NCBI RefSeq assembly: GCF_036971445.1
Contig: NC_091478.1
Coordinates: forward strand, 94,550,001 to 94,614,000
Length of the DNA: 64,000 nucleotides
Direction: 5' to 3'
Origin: Narcine bancroftii
Lineage: Eukaryota
Positions 12,636-26,190 of this stretch are shown in pieces. The notes beneath the pieces are model-generated. The model did not search any database and was not told the DNA's origin. It saw only the letters and a program-made list of their open reading frames with translations. Within the stretch, counting starts at the first letter, position 1. Each line of letters opens with the position of its first letter. The position numbers and the translations under genes were made by a program.

Positions 12636-13621
12636 TGTAACAATATTAATATTTGGGGAGAATTCTTAAGATTAAGAGTAGGTCACATTTTTAAAACATA
12701 TCTTATTTGAAAGACTGAAGAATTCAAATTGCAGGATCTCTTGGAGAATGTAAGCACCTTTCACAAGTAGGTGTTAATTCAACTGAAGTCATAAAATGAT
12801 TCACCATTGCTTGCTGGAGTCATGTGTATCAATACCCTTTCTGCAAAGTGCTCACAGAAGGGTCAATTCTGGATAAGATAACAACTTAAGAAGAAAGAAT
12901 TCCATTTGTTTGCTGGAGAAGTTGGGGGTTTTGCAAGACATGAGTCATATGCTCTCTTTGTTGTTTCAGTTGGAGAGAGAAGAGAAGCCCTCTCAGCTGG
13001 TGTGTGTGTGACTCAGTGCAATCCAGAAAGAACTGATGAAAAGTTCCAAAAGCAATGGATGGCTGGAAGTGCTATCTGTCTGATGTTTCTCTTGGAATAA
13101 GAGGAACAGAAGGAGCGCTGTCATAACCTGAAAGAAAGAGGTTACCATCTGAAAAACCCTGATGTGGCAAGTTTCATCAGCGAGACATTGAAGTGACTAA
13201 TGGTGGTACCTCAGTTCTGGAACTCGTGGAGCAACAAATATCTCTCTCTGAAAACCCTACAAGAACCTTCCTGAGTGGTAAACATTTACTTTTCGAGCAC
13301 CAAAGCTTGGTGAACTTTATACATGTTAAATTCTGTGCACAGTATGGTGATTGCCTGCAACCAGAGAACTTGGAAGGAGAAGTGAGATTGAACTGTGAAC
13401 CAAAGAACTTTTCTTGAATTTACACACACATTACATTCACGTGCGCTTAGAATTAGAAGGGGGTAATTTGGGTTAGTATATAGTATAAGTATAGACTTAA
13501 GTTAAAGTTTGATTCTATTTTCATGTTTGAAGTTTATTAAAAATAACTTTTGTTTTGAAAGCCACTTGTCTTGGTGAATGTCTATTGCTGCTGGGTTTTG
13601 GGGTTCTTTGGGCTCGTAACA
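12636..13621 (+). mobile_element. Solo LTR, ~1 kb family, copy 1
   Basis: TGTAAC...CGTAACA termini, TSD CAAG at 12632-12635 and 13622-13625, ATTAAA near 3' end; homologous to 52322-53395. Confidence 0.88.
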
Positions 13622-14084
13622 CAAGTCACTTTTTTGTCCCGTTGGATTACTATAAAATATTTATTATTTATCCATCTTGTATATTTATTGTCTTTATTAA
13701 CAATCTATTATTTTTGAATATGTTTTGGTGCATATGAATGTGTATGACAATAAGTCATTATCATATTGTTTACTAATCATGTTAACTATATAGCCATGGA
13801 AATAGTTAATGTAGATGACAAACAACAGTGGACCCAGACACGACCCCCATGCACACCATTGGTCATGGGCCTCCAATAAGAAAAACAGCCCTTTGCTACA
13901 ACCTCTGACTCCTTCCATTAAACCAGTTTTGAATTCTATTGGCCAGCTCACCTTGGATCCTGTGTGATCCAACTTTCCAGGCTGACCTGCCATGTAGAAC
14001 CTTTTCAAAGTCGCTACTATAGTCCTTAAAAACATCTGCTCAATTATTTGGCATTTTTATTCTGGAAAAGCGATTCTAATTTTT

Positions 14085-14660
14085 TACAACAATGAGAAAC
14101 TAGAGGAACTCAGAGGGTCAGGAAGCATCCATGGGTAGAAATGGTCAGTCAGCTTTTCAGGTTGGGATCTCTTATTGTAGCTAAAAGTAGGAAGAGGTGA
14201 TATCAAGGGGGAAAACACTGGGAGGGAAGAGAAGCTGGTCAGGAGATGAAGTAATGGGGCACTGGATAGGTAAGAGAAGGGAAATATCACTGGGATGGAT
14301 AAAAATTAAAGAGAATGGTTAGAACAGGAGTGATAGAAGCAATGGGTCTAGATCAGTGGTTCTCCACCTCCACTTGCATTCCACCTTAAGTAATGCCTTA
14401 CTAACCATTCTATGCCATTAGTGCTCTGTGGTTAGTAAGGTGTTAAAGCGAATGAGGGGAAAAAGATCGAGAACCACTGGCCTAGATCCATAAAGGGGGG
14501 GGGGGGTGTTTACCTAAAGTGAGACAAATCGATATTTATGCTGCTGAGTTTAAGACTGTCCAGGAGGAATACAATGTGCTATTCCTTAAGTTTATGATTG
14601 CCTTCACCCTGGCAATGGTTGAGGCAAGACATGTCTGTGTGGGAATTGGGAGTTCTAGCT
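14085..14660 (-). mobile_element. Penelope-like element terminal remnant, interrupted by a hAT MITE
   Basis: Similar to the end of the 17420-18365 element and to the gaggaactcag...agcatc terminal repeat. Confidence 0.45.
14354..14479. mobile_element. hAT (Charlie-like) MITE monomer, 126 bp
   Basis: CAGTGGTTCTC...GAGAACCACTG TIRs; 8-bp TSD GTCTAGAT/GCCTAGAT. Confidence 0.85.
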
Positions 14661-16564
14661 TAGACCCACAGAGTGCAGGTATTTGGCATTATATCTATAT
14701 CTCAAGTCAAGTTAAGCAAATTAGAAATTTCATCAAAATAACCATTGGTTTTTGGCTGTATAATGTGGAATACTTAACCACATCAGGAAGGGTTGTCAAA
14801 GGAAGTTCAATTCTGTTCAGACTCCACAAGGCACTTTTCTACATCAATTGAAAATAGTTCTTACAAATTGGAATTTAAATGGCATTCTGAGCTTGCTTCA
14901 AAGTATAGGGTGTTGGCAAAATAACTGGGACTAACACCTATTATGACAAGTAAGGCACCACCTTCAGACAGCTGGACATTTAACATTGTCAAAGCTGCTG
15001 TTTGCTACGTCAGACTGATGCATATTTACTTGAAAAGCCTAAAGACAGAAAATTCTCAAATCTAAGATTTGAAAAAAACCTGTTGTTCAATTCTAGTTAA
15101 ATAGTGAAAGGGAGGATTTTCTTAAGCTGGACAGGGTGCCAAAATGAATCAACAGGATATTACCAGTAATGGAATTCTTCAATTATCAGGAGAAACTGGA
15201 TAGGCTGGGGTTTATTTCTTTGGAGGAGCAACATTTGCTCATAGAGGGTAGTAGGTATACAGATCTGCCAGAGGAGTGATAGAGGCAAGTAGAATTACGT
15301 TTAAAGGATATTTAGACATGTATATGGATAGGAAGGTTTAAGGGTCAAATGCAGGCAAACAGGACGAGTCCCCGTAGACTTGGCCAGCATTAACAAGTTG
15401 TCTGAAGAGCCTGTTTAAGTTGAATAACTTTATGGTTATGTTTTGGAGTAATGCACTGCCTCAATGATAGAGAATCTTATGGAAACCAATTGGAGAAGAA
15501 AATAAGTGGGTAACTATTAAATCTTAATAGTACACTTGAATCTGAAGCAGGTATAGGAAATGAGCAGTCGCACACAATCATTATTGAGGCGTGGTGTTTG
15601 CTGAAATGTTTTAAAGCAATAAATAAGTGCCACACATATTTGGTTCAACATCCACATTATGTGGAAAAGTACAAGAGTCACATGCATTCCTGATATAAAT
15701 CAGGACACCCCTTAACTCCTTAACTATTTCACAACTGTAGATTCACAGAATGACAAGAGACATTATTCAAAATATCGGGCTTGCAGCTAAACTTCAGTAG
15801 AGTTAAAACTGCATTTTCCCCCATAAACCATTTTGGTTATATCATGGTTAATTCTTAATGTATTAAATTAAAATGTATTACCATGCTTGTGTGTTAAATT
15901 TATATCTATTTATGTGTCCATTCAGCCAGAATAGCACAAGAAATAGCAGGAGTAGGCCATTTGGTTCTTTGAACTTGTTCTTCTATCCCTGTCATTTTAC
16001 AGTACCAGCCCCAAATCCCTCAACTCTTAATGACCTGAAACCTTCTGAGCTTTGCTTTGAATAAACACAATGACTGAACCTCCAGGTTATGCAAGGTGGA
16101 GAATATCTGAGGTTCAACCTTAAGTGAAGAAATTACTTCTCAAGATGCCTATCGATAAATTTGAAACTATGCTCACCAAATACGGTTAGCCTTCCTTGTA
16201 TCTAGCCTGTTAACCCTTTCACTCATTCTAATCTTAAAAGAAGGCACGCCGGTTTACTTAATCTCTCTACATGCAGAAAACTTGCCATCCCTCATACCAG
16301 TCTTCACTGCCCTGGTGCCATGGCAAGCATATCCTCTCCTACAGTAGGAGACCAAAACTGTACACAAGCTTCAGGTACAATCTCACCAAGACTCTATTCA
16401 ATTGCACTAAAATTCTGATACTCCTGCATTCAAAGATAAATATAGTTTCCTTCTCAATTGCTTGACATACTTTAAGGTTGGCTTCAGCAGACTGTGAAAG
16501 CATGCTTAGGTCCATTTGAACATCAATGCTACAGTTTCTCCCTTTTCAATGAATACTATTGTGT

Positions 16565-17190
16565 GCAAAGTAACTTCACTTTCAGATTTATTATCAAGAG
16601 TACACATATGACATCACATACAATCCTGATATTCTTTTTCCTGCAGGCCGGGCAGAATTACCACTTACTGGTAGTGCAACAAAAAACTGTACACATGGAA
16701 ACAAATAAACAATGTAAACAACTGACTGTAGTACAGAGAGGAGGAAAAAATAATAAAGTGCAAAAGTAAGAGTCCTTAAACGAGTCTCTGATTGAGTTTG
16801 TTGTTGAAGAATCTGATGGTGGAGGGGCAGCAGCTGTTCCTGAACCTGCTGGTGCGAGTTTTCTGGCACCTATACTTCTCTCCTTATGGTAACAGTGAGA
16901 ACAGAAGGCATGCTGGGTGGTGTGGATCCTCGATGATTGCTGCTGCTCTCTGACGGCAGCATTCCCCGTAGATATTCTCGATGGTGGGAAGGGGTTTACC
17001 TGTGATGCTCTGGGGTGTATCCACTACTTTTTGAAGGGTTTTATGCTCAGGATTATTGGTGTCCCCATGCCAGTCTGTGAAGCAGCCAATCAACACACTT
17101 TCCATCAAACATCTGTAGAAATTTACCAGGGCTTACGATATCATACCAAAACTCTGCAAACTCCTGAGCAAGTTGAGGTACTGATGTTTT
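16565..17190 (-). mobile_element. Rex1/Babar LINE 3' part
   Basis: ESVLIGCFTDWHG...LQKVVDTPQSITG...IIEDPHHP...FSLLP. Confidence 0.85.
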
Positions 17191-17419
17191 TATTATATTA
17201 TTTTTTCTTTAATCATTACATTTTTCCTGCCATGTTCTCACCTATTTATTATGTGTACCTATACCCCTTGAAGCCTTGTTACATCTTCCGCCCCACATAC
17301 AGTTCAGAAAAAATAGGAAATTAGACAACATGTGACCTTGTCACAGACTGTGGATCCCCTCTTCCAACATTATCTAAATGAAGACTGTAGATCAGCAAAC
17401 TACAAAAGGATCCAGGTTT

Positions 17420-18365
17420 GCATAATGAGAGAGAGAGAGAGATCCAGCAGAATTCAGAGAAGTCGATGAAAATGGCATTCAGTTGAAGAATACCCAGACC
17501 CAGAGAATACTATTCCATTTTATGGATTGTCTTGATTTAGCAGTGCATGAGGCCAAGGACAGATATGTAAGCATGGAATTGAAATGGTTGGCCAGTCGTT
17601 AATGCAGTCAGGGCGAAGCAATCTGTGACCAGTCTCTCTGAAGCAGTGGGGGCCACAACAGGAGCACTGCAATGCAGTGGATGACTCATGCAGATTCACA
17701 AGTTCCATTAGCTTGGAAGGACAGTTTAAGGCTCTGAATGGTGGTGAGGAAGGAGGTGTGGGGACAAGTGTGGCACTTCCTGCGGTCACATGGAAAAGTG
17801 CCAAGGGGATGATTAGTGGGATGGGATGTGGATGAGGGGACATAGAGAGAGCAGTCCCCATGAAAGGCAGAGAGAGGAAGATATGTCTGGAGGTGAGATA
17901 ATGTTGCTAGTGATGGAAATTGCAGAGGATAATATGTCGGACACGGAAGCTGGTGGGGTTGTAGGTGAGGACATCTCCCCATCCTGTTTTTGTTGAATCT
18001 TGTGGCAGAGGGGGTCAGAGCAGATATGCAGGAAATGGAAGAAATGTGGTTATGGGCTGAGATGATGGTAGCAGAGGGGAAGACGTTTTTTTTGAAGGAC
18101 AAGTAAGATGATCTAGTATGGAAGACTTCATCGTGGGAGCAGATATGACAGACACGTAGGAATTGAGGGAAAGGGATAGAATCCTTATAGGGGACTAGAT
18201 ATGAAGATGTGTAGATGAAGTAGTTGTGGGTGTTGATACATTTGTAAAAAAAATGTTTGCAGGAAGTTTGTCTCCTGAGATGGAGACAAAGAGATCAAAA
18301 AGGGGAGAGTGTCACTAGAAATGGATCAAGTAAATTTGAGGTCAGGGTGAAAGTTAGCAGTGAAA
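17420..18365 (-). mobile_element. Penelope-like element remnant (RT linker and GIY-YIG region)
   Basis: AFHGDCSL, GTFPCDRRKCHTCPH (Cys-rich linker), TCES, ETGHRL. Confidence 0.75.
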
Positions 18366-18714
18366 GTATGCTATTTGACTTGCTGAGTTTCTCCAGCTTT
18401 CTGTTTTAATGAGAGTGCAGGATTAACGATAGATTCTATACACAAGAATATACAGAGTTTGGAGGAATATCACAAAGTGCAACCAACAGTTTTAGTTCAA
18501 TTTGAATATCACATTCATCACAGACATGTGGGCAGAAAGGCCTGTTCTTGTGGTGTACTGTTCTGTTCTATTCCTAACCATATGTCTTTTAAACCTTGAA
18601 ATTATACCCACCTTTTCCCCAGACAATTTGTTCCATAAAAACAATCATTCCTCAGAGGCTAGTGGAGAAGCTGATTTCATTGTGAGTCAATGACCCTCTC
18701 TGTAACTGAAAGAC

Positions 18715-19605
18715 CACAGTCTAATCAGGTCTGCAGCAGATCGACAAGCACAGTCACACTGAGCACTGGCGCTTCTCAGGGCTATGTGCTCAGCCCGGTC
18801 TTATTAATGCTACTGATCCATGACTACATCGCCATATCCAACAGATGACACGACAGTAGTTTGCCTCATCAGTAACAATGATAAATCGCACTACAAAGAA
18901 GAAGTGGAAAATCTTGTGATATGGTGCACGAATAACAACCTAAGTCCCTATGTGGACAAGGCAAAAGAGATTATTGTGGAGTTTAGGAGCACCAGGGAAG
19001 ATCACCTTCCATTACACATTAATAGCTTGGTAGTGGAGAGTAGAGAGCACCAAGTTACTTGGAGTCCACTTAACAAGTAACCTATCGTGGACACACACAC
19101 TTGGTGTGTGTGTCCGCATTAGTGCGGTATGGTTGCGGTAGAGCATTGAATCGGAGGTCAATCCACAATACCATAAAAGTAGCAGAGAGGATCACTGGGG
19201 TCTCCCTCCCTCCCTCCTCTCTCCCTCCCCACCCCCAACCACAATTGACCTGATCTACTGGGATAATTGTTTGAAGAGGACTCACAAAATCGTTGAGGAT
19301 CTCTAGCACTCCACATACAGCATCTTTCAGCTATTCCAATCAGGAAAGAGATACAGGAGCATCAGAGCCAGAACCACCAGGCTGAGAAACAGCTCTGTCC
19401 CACAGGGAGACTGCTGAATGACTGAATGAACTGCTCAAACAAACCTTTCAAGACTCTAATATTCATTAAACAATATATATATTTATGTACTGCTTATGCA
19501 TTGTTTGTATGTATGATATGTCTGGTTGTGTGTTTGCATGTTTTGCACCGAGAACGCTGGTTTGTTGTATTGTACTTGTACAATTGGAAGATATTAATCT
19601 TGAAC
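18715..19605 (+). mobile_element. Rex1/Babar LINE 3' part
   Basis: STGASQGYVLSP, DDTTVVCLISNNDKSHYKEEVENL. Confidence 0.85.
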
Positions 19606-19699
19606 TTAAAAAACCACCACCTGCTGAATGAAAATGGTATCCCTCAGGTCCCATTTAAATTCAAGTTCATTATCATCTGACTGTACACATGTTAATCCT

Positions 19700-19890
19700 T
19701 TTAACATTCTGGCCATTTAACACTGTGCCACCCAATTATACACAAATTAAGGAGGAAACCAGAGCACCGGGGGAAAACCCACAGAAACATGGGGAGAACT
19801 TATAAACTCCATACAGACAGCACTAGATTTGAACCTAGGGCACTGGTGCTGTAACAGCATTACGGTAACTGCTACGCTAACTGTGCTGTC
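19700..19890 (-). mobile_element. tRNA-derived SINE (V-SINE/HE1-like)
   Basis: Reverse complement of the V-domain core ggtgctctggtttcctcc plus A/B-box-like head. Confidence 0.7.
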
Positions 19891-20009
19891 ATGTTATACT
19901 AACATATTCAGGACAAAAATCGATTAATTGGACTATGGTGTACACACATACGTACCCAGCACACAACAACATACACAAAAATGTATATCAATTTTAATTT
20001 TTATTCATA

Positions 20010-20262
20010 TATTTAAATTTAGATATGCAGCACTGTAAAAGGTCCTTCTGGCCTACGAGCCTGTCACCCCCAAATACACCAATTTATCTACCATCTCTGT
20101 ATATTTTTGAATGGTGGAAGAAAACAGAAGCATCTGGAAGAACCCACGCAGACACGGGGAGGACGTACGGGGAGAACATACAAACTCTTTATACTCTGTA
20201 CTTGATTTGAACCTGGTTTCATGGCGCTGTATCAGCGCTGCGCTAATCTCTACACTAACCTT
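20010..20262 (-). mobile_element. tRNA-derived SINE (V-SINE/HE1-like)
   Basis: ccccgtgtctgcgtgggtt core on the minus strand, GGTTCAAATC B box, A-rich tail. Confidence 0.75.
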
Positions 20263-21519
20263 GCCCTCCTTATACACAAATATATCAGAATAATTTACTT
20301 GTTTTATTTATAAGAGACCAAAGGTTACAGGTTCATCAATTTCAAGCCTGCGGGTAGAGAAGCTATTTCCCAGCTTGACAGTTCAGATTTTGATGCTTCT
20401 GTATCTCCTTCCTGATGTTAGTAGGTTAAAAGTATTGTGTGATGGATCCCATTCAGTCGTAACACAATGTCTCAACTCTTTACTCAACACCGTGTCTGAT
20501 AAAGGTGAGTGTGCCAAATGCCTTCTCCACCACTGTCTGCTTGTGTTGAAATTTTCAGGTGCATGTGTACCTCTACTCCTCTGACTCTCTGTTCTACCAC
20601 ACTCTTCAGGGCCCTTTCACTTACTGTGCAACTCGTGCCCTGGTTTAATTCCCAAAATGCAACACTTTCCTGAGTTAAATTCCCTTTGTGCTCAATGTCA
20701 ACTTTAGCTATTTTAGACAATAATTCAGTTTTTTCCGATTATTCATCCTCTTGAACTAGGTGGTTTCTTTGTAGTATTATTATTCATTTTACCTTGCAAT
20801 ATTCATCATTTAATTTCAGCTTCATTTCACTTTATCACAACTTCCCCTTTGTTCTTTTCACTCCATTTCTTATCCTATTTCTAAAAGTAGCTCAGCCTAA
20901 CTTTTTTTGTTCAATGCTTCTGCACAGATTCTATCCATTTAGCGGGCTTTCCACCATTTTTTGTGTATATTATTTACACTTACAATATGGTTCTTTGCAA
21001 GCTGGGAAAATCTATTTCTCTACTGATTTCTCTACGTATTGGTCAGCAAGAGAGAACACTGATTTTAAAGTGGACATCAATCTCAGGGACACTACAAAAA
21101 TACAGTGGTACATAAATGAATCATAGTGCAGGGGTTATCTGATCTCCATTGTTAAATGTCTTTGCAATAGGAACTAAACTAGTAACTGGGAAAAAATATA
21201 AAATACTGGGAGTATATTATATTAAATTCTCAGAAGGTCATCAAGCTTAGCATTAATTGTGTCTTTCTCCCCAAATACACCAGTCGACTGAAACAATAAT
21301 GATTCATGCTTTGCAGCTGATAAATGAAATCCAATGATTCAACATTATTAAAGGTTGTGGGTTCCCATTTGACTCCAATATATTAGTTCCAATTAAAGTG
21401 GTGTCAAATTATCTCAAGTGTCATTCATTACTTAAAAGTGTGCCACATTTTATCAAACTTAACTTCAGGTTTCAAAAAATTACATCTAAGCTTTGAGGTT
21501 TAAGTATGACAAGATTTGG

Positions 21520-22400
21520 GTCATCTATTGTGCATTAACTGGGAGGGATAGAGTCCTTGCATTTTAGCAAAATAGATCAAAGTGGCACATGGCAATATGG
21601 CACCGATAATTGACTGTTCTCCACCGTCACACCAAATAAAGATGTAATGGGATGAGGTTGAATAGTAACCGATACCATACGGGAAAATGCATTAAAACAT
21701 ATGAAATAAGGAAGCAACCCCATTACAACATCTGTTACATAAAGGGTTGATAGAAGAAAAAATCTTAGCTAACTTATCTTTCGATAAATGTGCTCTATAT
21801 ACTCATTTGAATTGAGTAAGTGAATGACATGCACAAATGGAAGAGGAATGGACCAATTTTAAACACATGGTCCATTTATCCTTGGAAAGAATAGTTTGTA
21901 AGTCACTCAATTTTATTCATAGAAACACAACATATTCTAGAAATTAATCTATAAATGAATCCTAATAAATCCTTTTGATAAGGATTTAACAAAAAATAAG
22001 TCAATACAATTACTATCATGGGAGAATGGAAAAGTAGTAACTTGGTTTCCCAGAAAATCTCTTAACTTGTAAATATCTAAAACAATGGAAATTTATGTGA
22101 CAAATGCTCAAAAGTCAAAAAACAGCTATTCACAAATAAGGCAAAAAAAATGAAGTGATACCCTTTTCTCTCCATTTATGAAAAACACGATCAAGGTAAG
22201 ATGGAGGGAAAAAATTATTAGTAATCAGAGTGGATAAAGAAAAAATTTTCAGTTCAAAACAGTGGTTTACTATTTTGTATCTAACATACGAAACATTTAT
22301 AATCTCTTCCTGAAATTACTTATTTACATACAAGGCAATTCACCAACAAACTGTTACCCTTTTGGTGGTTTAAGGCATCCCAGCACCTTTTTCTTTTTAG
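21520..22400 (-). mobile_element. Old L1/Tx1 ORF2 3' remnant
   Basis: Minus-strand peptides LKLVHSSSICACHSL and PHPITSLFG resemble the L1 C-terminal region. Confidence 0.55.
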
Positions 22401-22591
22401 TTTAGGGGTTATAGATTTAGGGTAAGTTATCATTTTTTTTGGTTTTTTTTCCTGCAGGAACAAGAGATATAATATTGAATTCTGTTTGTTTATCATTAGT
22501 TGCGATGTTCATTTTTATTTTAGAATACATTGTAATTACTTTGTACCTGTACAGTATATTTTTCTTGTTCTTACACTTTTTAAAATTCAAT

Positions 22592-23760
22592 ATGCCGCCG
22601 ATGTCCAGCATACATGTAACCCTGTTACGCTTGATCGCCTGGTAGGGCCCCTTGTATGGTCACTGTAGTAGACTCTGGTGCACCCCTCACTGCACGAAGA
22701 TGTATGTGTAGCTTCTTGGGTCCCCGGGGATGAATGTCTTGGGCTGGCTATACGATGATGGCTATGTTGGGGCCAGTCGTTCTCTCAGTCTCTCAGGGCT
22801 GCTGGTGGTTCACCAATTTCCATGATGGCGGCCAGGAGTTCCCCAGGGATGGTCCATACACTATTTCCGCTGCTGAGGTGTTGAAGTCCTCCTTGGGTGT
22901 GGTGTGAATTCCCGTGAGGACCCTCAACAATTCATCGCCGCAGTCACTAGCAATGGTTGGCTGTGGCGTTTCCCTGAAATGCACAGGGAGGGTGGCATCG
23001 ATGGGCCTTCAAACCCCACCGTTGGTGATAGAAGCAATACTGCTCACTGGGGGCAGGGGGTCCTTTGGCCTGGTTGCCTGCTGCACATGAAACCATGCAA
23101 CTTGGTCTACCAGGAGGCTGGAGTCTCTCTTTGTTCCCCAAAGGACATCTGTTTGAGCTACAACCTTCCTGGGGTCGCTGAAGTCCTCCTTGGCAACCAG
23201 TAGCCAGATATCCTCCTGTAGTTGCACCAAGATGATCTGCTCAAAGAGCAGCCAAGGCTTATGGCCATCGGTTAAAGCTAACATGTTATTCATGAAAGCG
23301 GAAGGGGCCCTGACCCCCAAACCGTCCATGTGCAACAGTCAGGCCACGCACTCACTTTTTGAAACCCCAAAAGTGCAGGTAATAGCCACACATTTGTCCT
23401 ACTCTGGAAGCTGCAGGGAGAAATCAGCGACCCTAGTGGCTGTGTCCTGGTTGGTTTCAACTGTGATCTTTCAAATCTGGAATTGGGCCTCCGCTTGCTC
23501 AAACCATACCGGCGTCTGCGAAGTCCAGAATGTTGGCAGTTTCAGTGAAACTGTGTGATGTTGCTTGTTCCTCGACTGTCAGGTCCAAAACGTTGCAGCA
23601 TGTGCTATGGCAGGGCATGAAAGCAAGACACTGACTCAAGGTGAGTACAGTCAATACTAACTTTTTTTGACGGTTCACCCTGCTTTTATATAGGCCCGCT
23701 GGGCCTGGGTGTCACGTCGCTTCCGGTGAAAATGATGTCAACAGCAACCAGGACAACGGA
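22592..23760 (-). mobile_element. Internally deleted Gypsy/Ty3 element: probable 5' LTR remnant, gag, integrase C-terminus
   Basis: gag VSLKLPTFWTSQTPVWFEQAEAQFQI and GLGVRAPSAFMNNML...LFEQI; integrase GIHTTPKEDFNTSAAEIVYG and GPY/F motif PYKGPYQ. Confidence 0.85.
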
Positions 23761-24709
23761 AAACCCTGAGGGCCGCAAACAATTCCAACATCCAAACCTT
23801 TGGCATCTGCACCCTTCCTCTTAGCTTTGGAACAGCTGGTTCACGTAGACATTCACCCTGGCAGTAGTGCAACAACCACTACTGGGGCAGAATTTCTCAG
23901 GGCTCATTGCTTGTGGTGGACCTAAAAGGGAGTTCCCACTAAGTGCTCATTGTTTCCCATCATGTAGCTGGCAGCCCGTGAAGAAAACCGATTTAGCCAG
24001 CATGGTCCTTGCAGGATCGCCGCAATCAGATGCCATCTTGTGTGTCGGGACGCCGCGGGCCACCAAAGGCATACATAAACTTTTAAATTACAAATGATCT
24101 TATTGCCTGAAACACTTGGCTGGAGAAACAAAAGACTAAAATTCCCAAAACATTTGCGTAAATGATGATACTAAATTAATTCAGTGGAAAGATTCCATAA
24201 CACAATATCTTAATTCTGAACAGAAAATTAAAAACAAACTAGTCAGTTGTTTTAAATTCCTAAACCCACCCTTTTAAAAGCAGGTGTTTCAGTGATTTTT
24301 TTTAATCCACTTAAAACAAAGCAATGACGTGTCTTTTTTGAGTACCCTTAGTAATCTTGCACACTGGGTGAATGGCACACTCTCAAGCCTAATGTTGTTT
24401 GGGTATGAATTGAAATGATTCTGAACAAGTTCAAATACAAAAGATTATTTTAAAAAAAGGCAAGCAGCCAGGGTAATTCCAAAGGAAATTTTAAGAATGT
24501 GACAGGCAAACAGAATCTAAAAATGAAGGAGAAAGCTAATATGTAACTGAGTTAATGATGAGGTAAAAAGACGCATCTCCTTACTTCCTCAATCTGCACC
24601 GAACAGTGGATAAACCTAAAATGCATACACTGATGCAATTTGTTTTTGAACAATAGAAGGAAATAATCGTTAAAATTTAAACACGCCTTAATTAGATGGT
24701 AGTTAAACA

Positions 24710-25015
24710 TGAAAGTCTGCAGATGCTGTGACTGTAGCTTAATACACAAAAGTGCTGGAAAAACCCAGCAAGTTATGCAGTGTTCTTCATTTCAAAGATA
24801 TAACCAACATTTCAGGCCTGCACATTTGACAAGGTATGAGCAAAAAAGCAGGCAGGCGGCTGAATGAAAAGAATAAAAAGCCTTCTTATTTCGGTGCCTG
24901 CCTGCTTTTTGCTCGTACCTTGTCAAATGGCCTCATGCTAAGATGGTGGTTATATATTTTTTGCTATAAAGAATTGTGTGTGACCTGCTGAGTTTATCCA
25001 GCACTTATGTCTATT
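24710..25015. repeat. Fold-back pair of Penelope-type terminal repeats
   Basis: 24823-24856 is nearly the reverse complement of 24897-24929; weaker pairing extends to 24741/25015. Confidence 0.65.
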
Positions 25016-25479
25016 TAGATACGGTCTTATGTATCAATAAAAGCAATACCTTACTGGATGATTTCAGTGTCTTCAAATCTAATAGCAGCAATAAATACTG
25101 CTATGACATGACCCTTTGAAATAGCAACTCACCACCTTTCATAAAACATTACAGTTTGACAGCTCATTGATATTTTAGCTCTAGATGATAGTTTACATCA
25201 CTGTATCTATCAGAAGTTATGAAGAAACAGATTCCCCTTCATCATTTGGAAAGATCTGATTCAATGTACCAGATGAAGTATGTTGCTTAAGCTACAAGTT
25301 CATACATGCGCAGATCTTTTGCACAGTTGTTGTTACAGCATTACTAAATCTGTTGCAAAAAAATGCAGGATATACTTAACAACACAGGGAGTGGCCAAAG
25401 TTGGAGAAACTGTTCCAATTGAAATAATATTGAATGCAAATCAAGAGCAAGACAAGGGCAGTCATGGACCCCATTTCTT

Positions 25480-26190
25480 CAGATCTTCCCCCAACAACTT
25501 CCCACTTTATCTCCCAGTGCTGTACAGCATGCTTCTATTTCTTGCCGAAGTGGGACATGTAAACGTGGTGTACAATTCCAAACATGCTGGAAGATGGCAA
25601 CACAAGCAGATAACGTGGTTAAGAAGGAACAATGGGTACTGGTCTTCATAGGGGTAATGAAGAACAAGGGAGGATAGGTTCCAGCTTCAGAAAATATTGG
25701 TTTGACCTCAACTACTGTACCATGTGTAGCCTTGGTCACCACAATATGGGAGATGTAGTTGCATTGGAAAAGCCACAGAGGAGATTCACCAGGATACTGC
25801 CTGGGATGGATAGGTGTGATTTCCCTGGACAAAGGTGGTTAAGAGGACATGTGATTAAGGTGCACAAAATTATGAGGGACATAGGTTAGAAGAGACAGAT
25901 AAAACCAGAAACAAAGATTTAGAGAAAGAGTAAAGAGATTTAGAGGGAAACCAAGGAGGATTCTTCATCCAGAGAGAGAAAAAAATCCCCTCAAACTTCT
26001 TAGCCTTTACCCCAAATATGATGCCTAGTAAAGCAGTGGAAGCAAAGTTGCTGATGGTGTTTAAGAGGTGTCTGGATGAGCATTTGAATCTTCCAGGCAG
26101 AGTATGGGTAAAGTGCAAGACGATGGGATCAATACTGATGGGTTGCAGTAGACACAGAGGTCTGAATGGCCCGTTATCATAATGTATGAA
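25480..26190 (+). mobile_element. Old CR1 3' fragment
   Basis: DVVALEKPQRRFTRILPG, LRGHVIKVHKIM. Confidence 0.7.

Noticed and set aside
24554-24633. Box C (ATGATGA) ... box D (CTGA) snoRNA-like spacing
   Set aside because: Antisense to the host gene, no terminal stem, no recognisable rRNA guide
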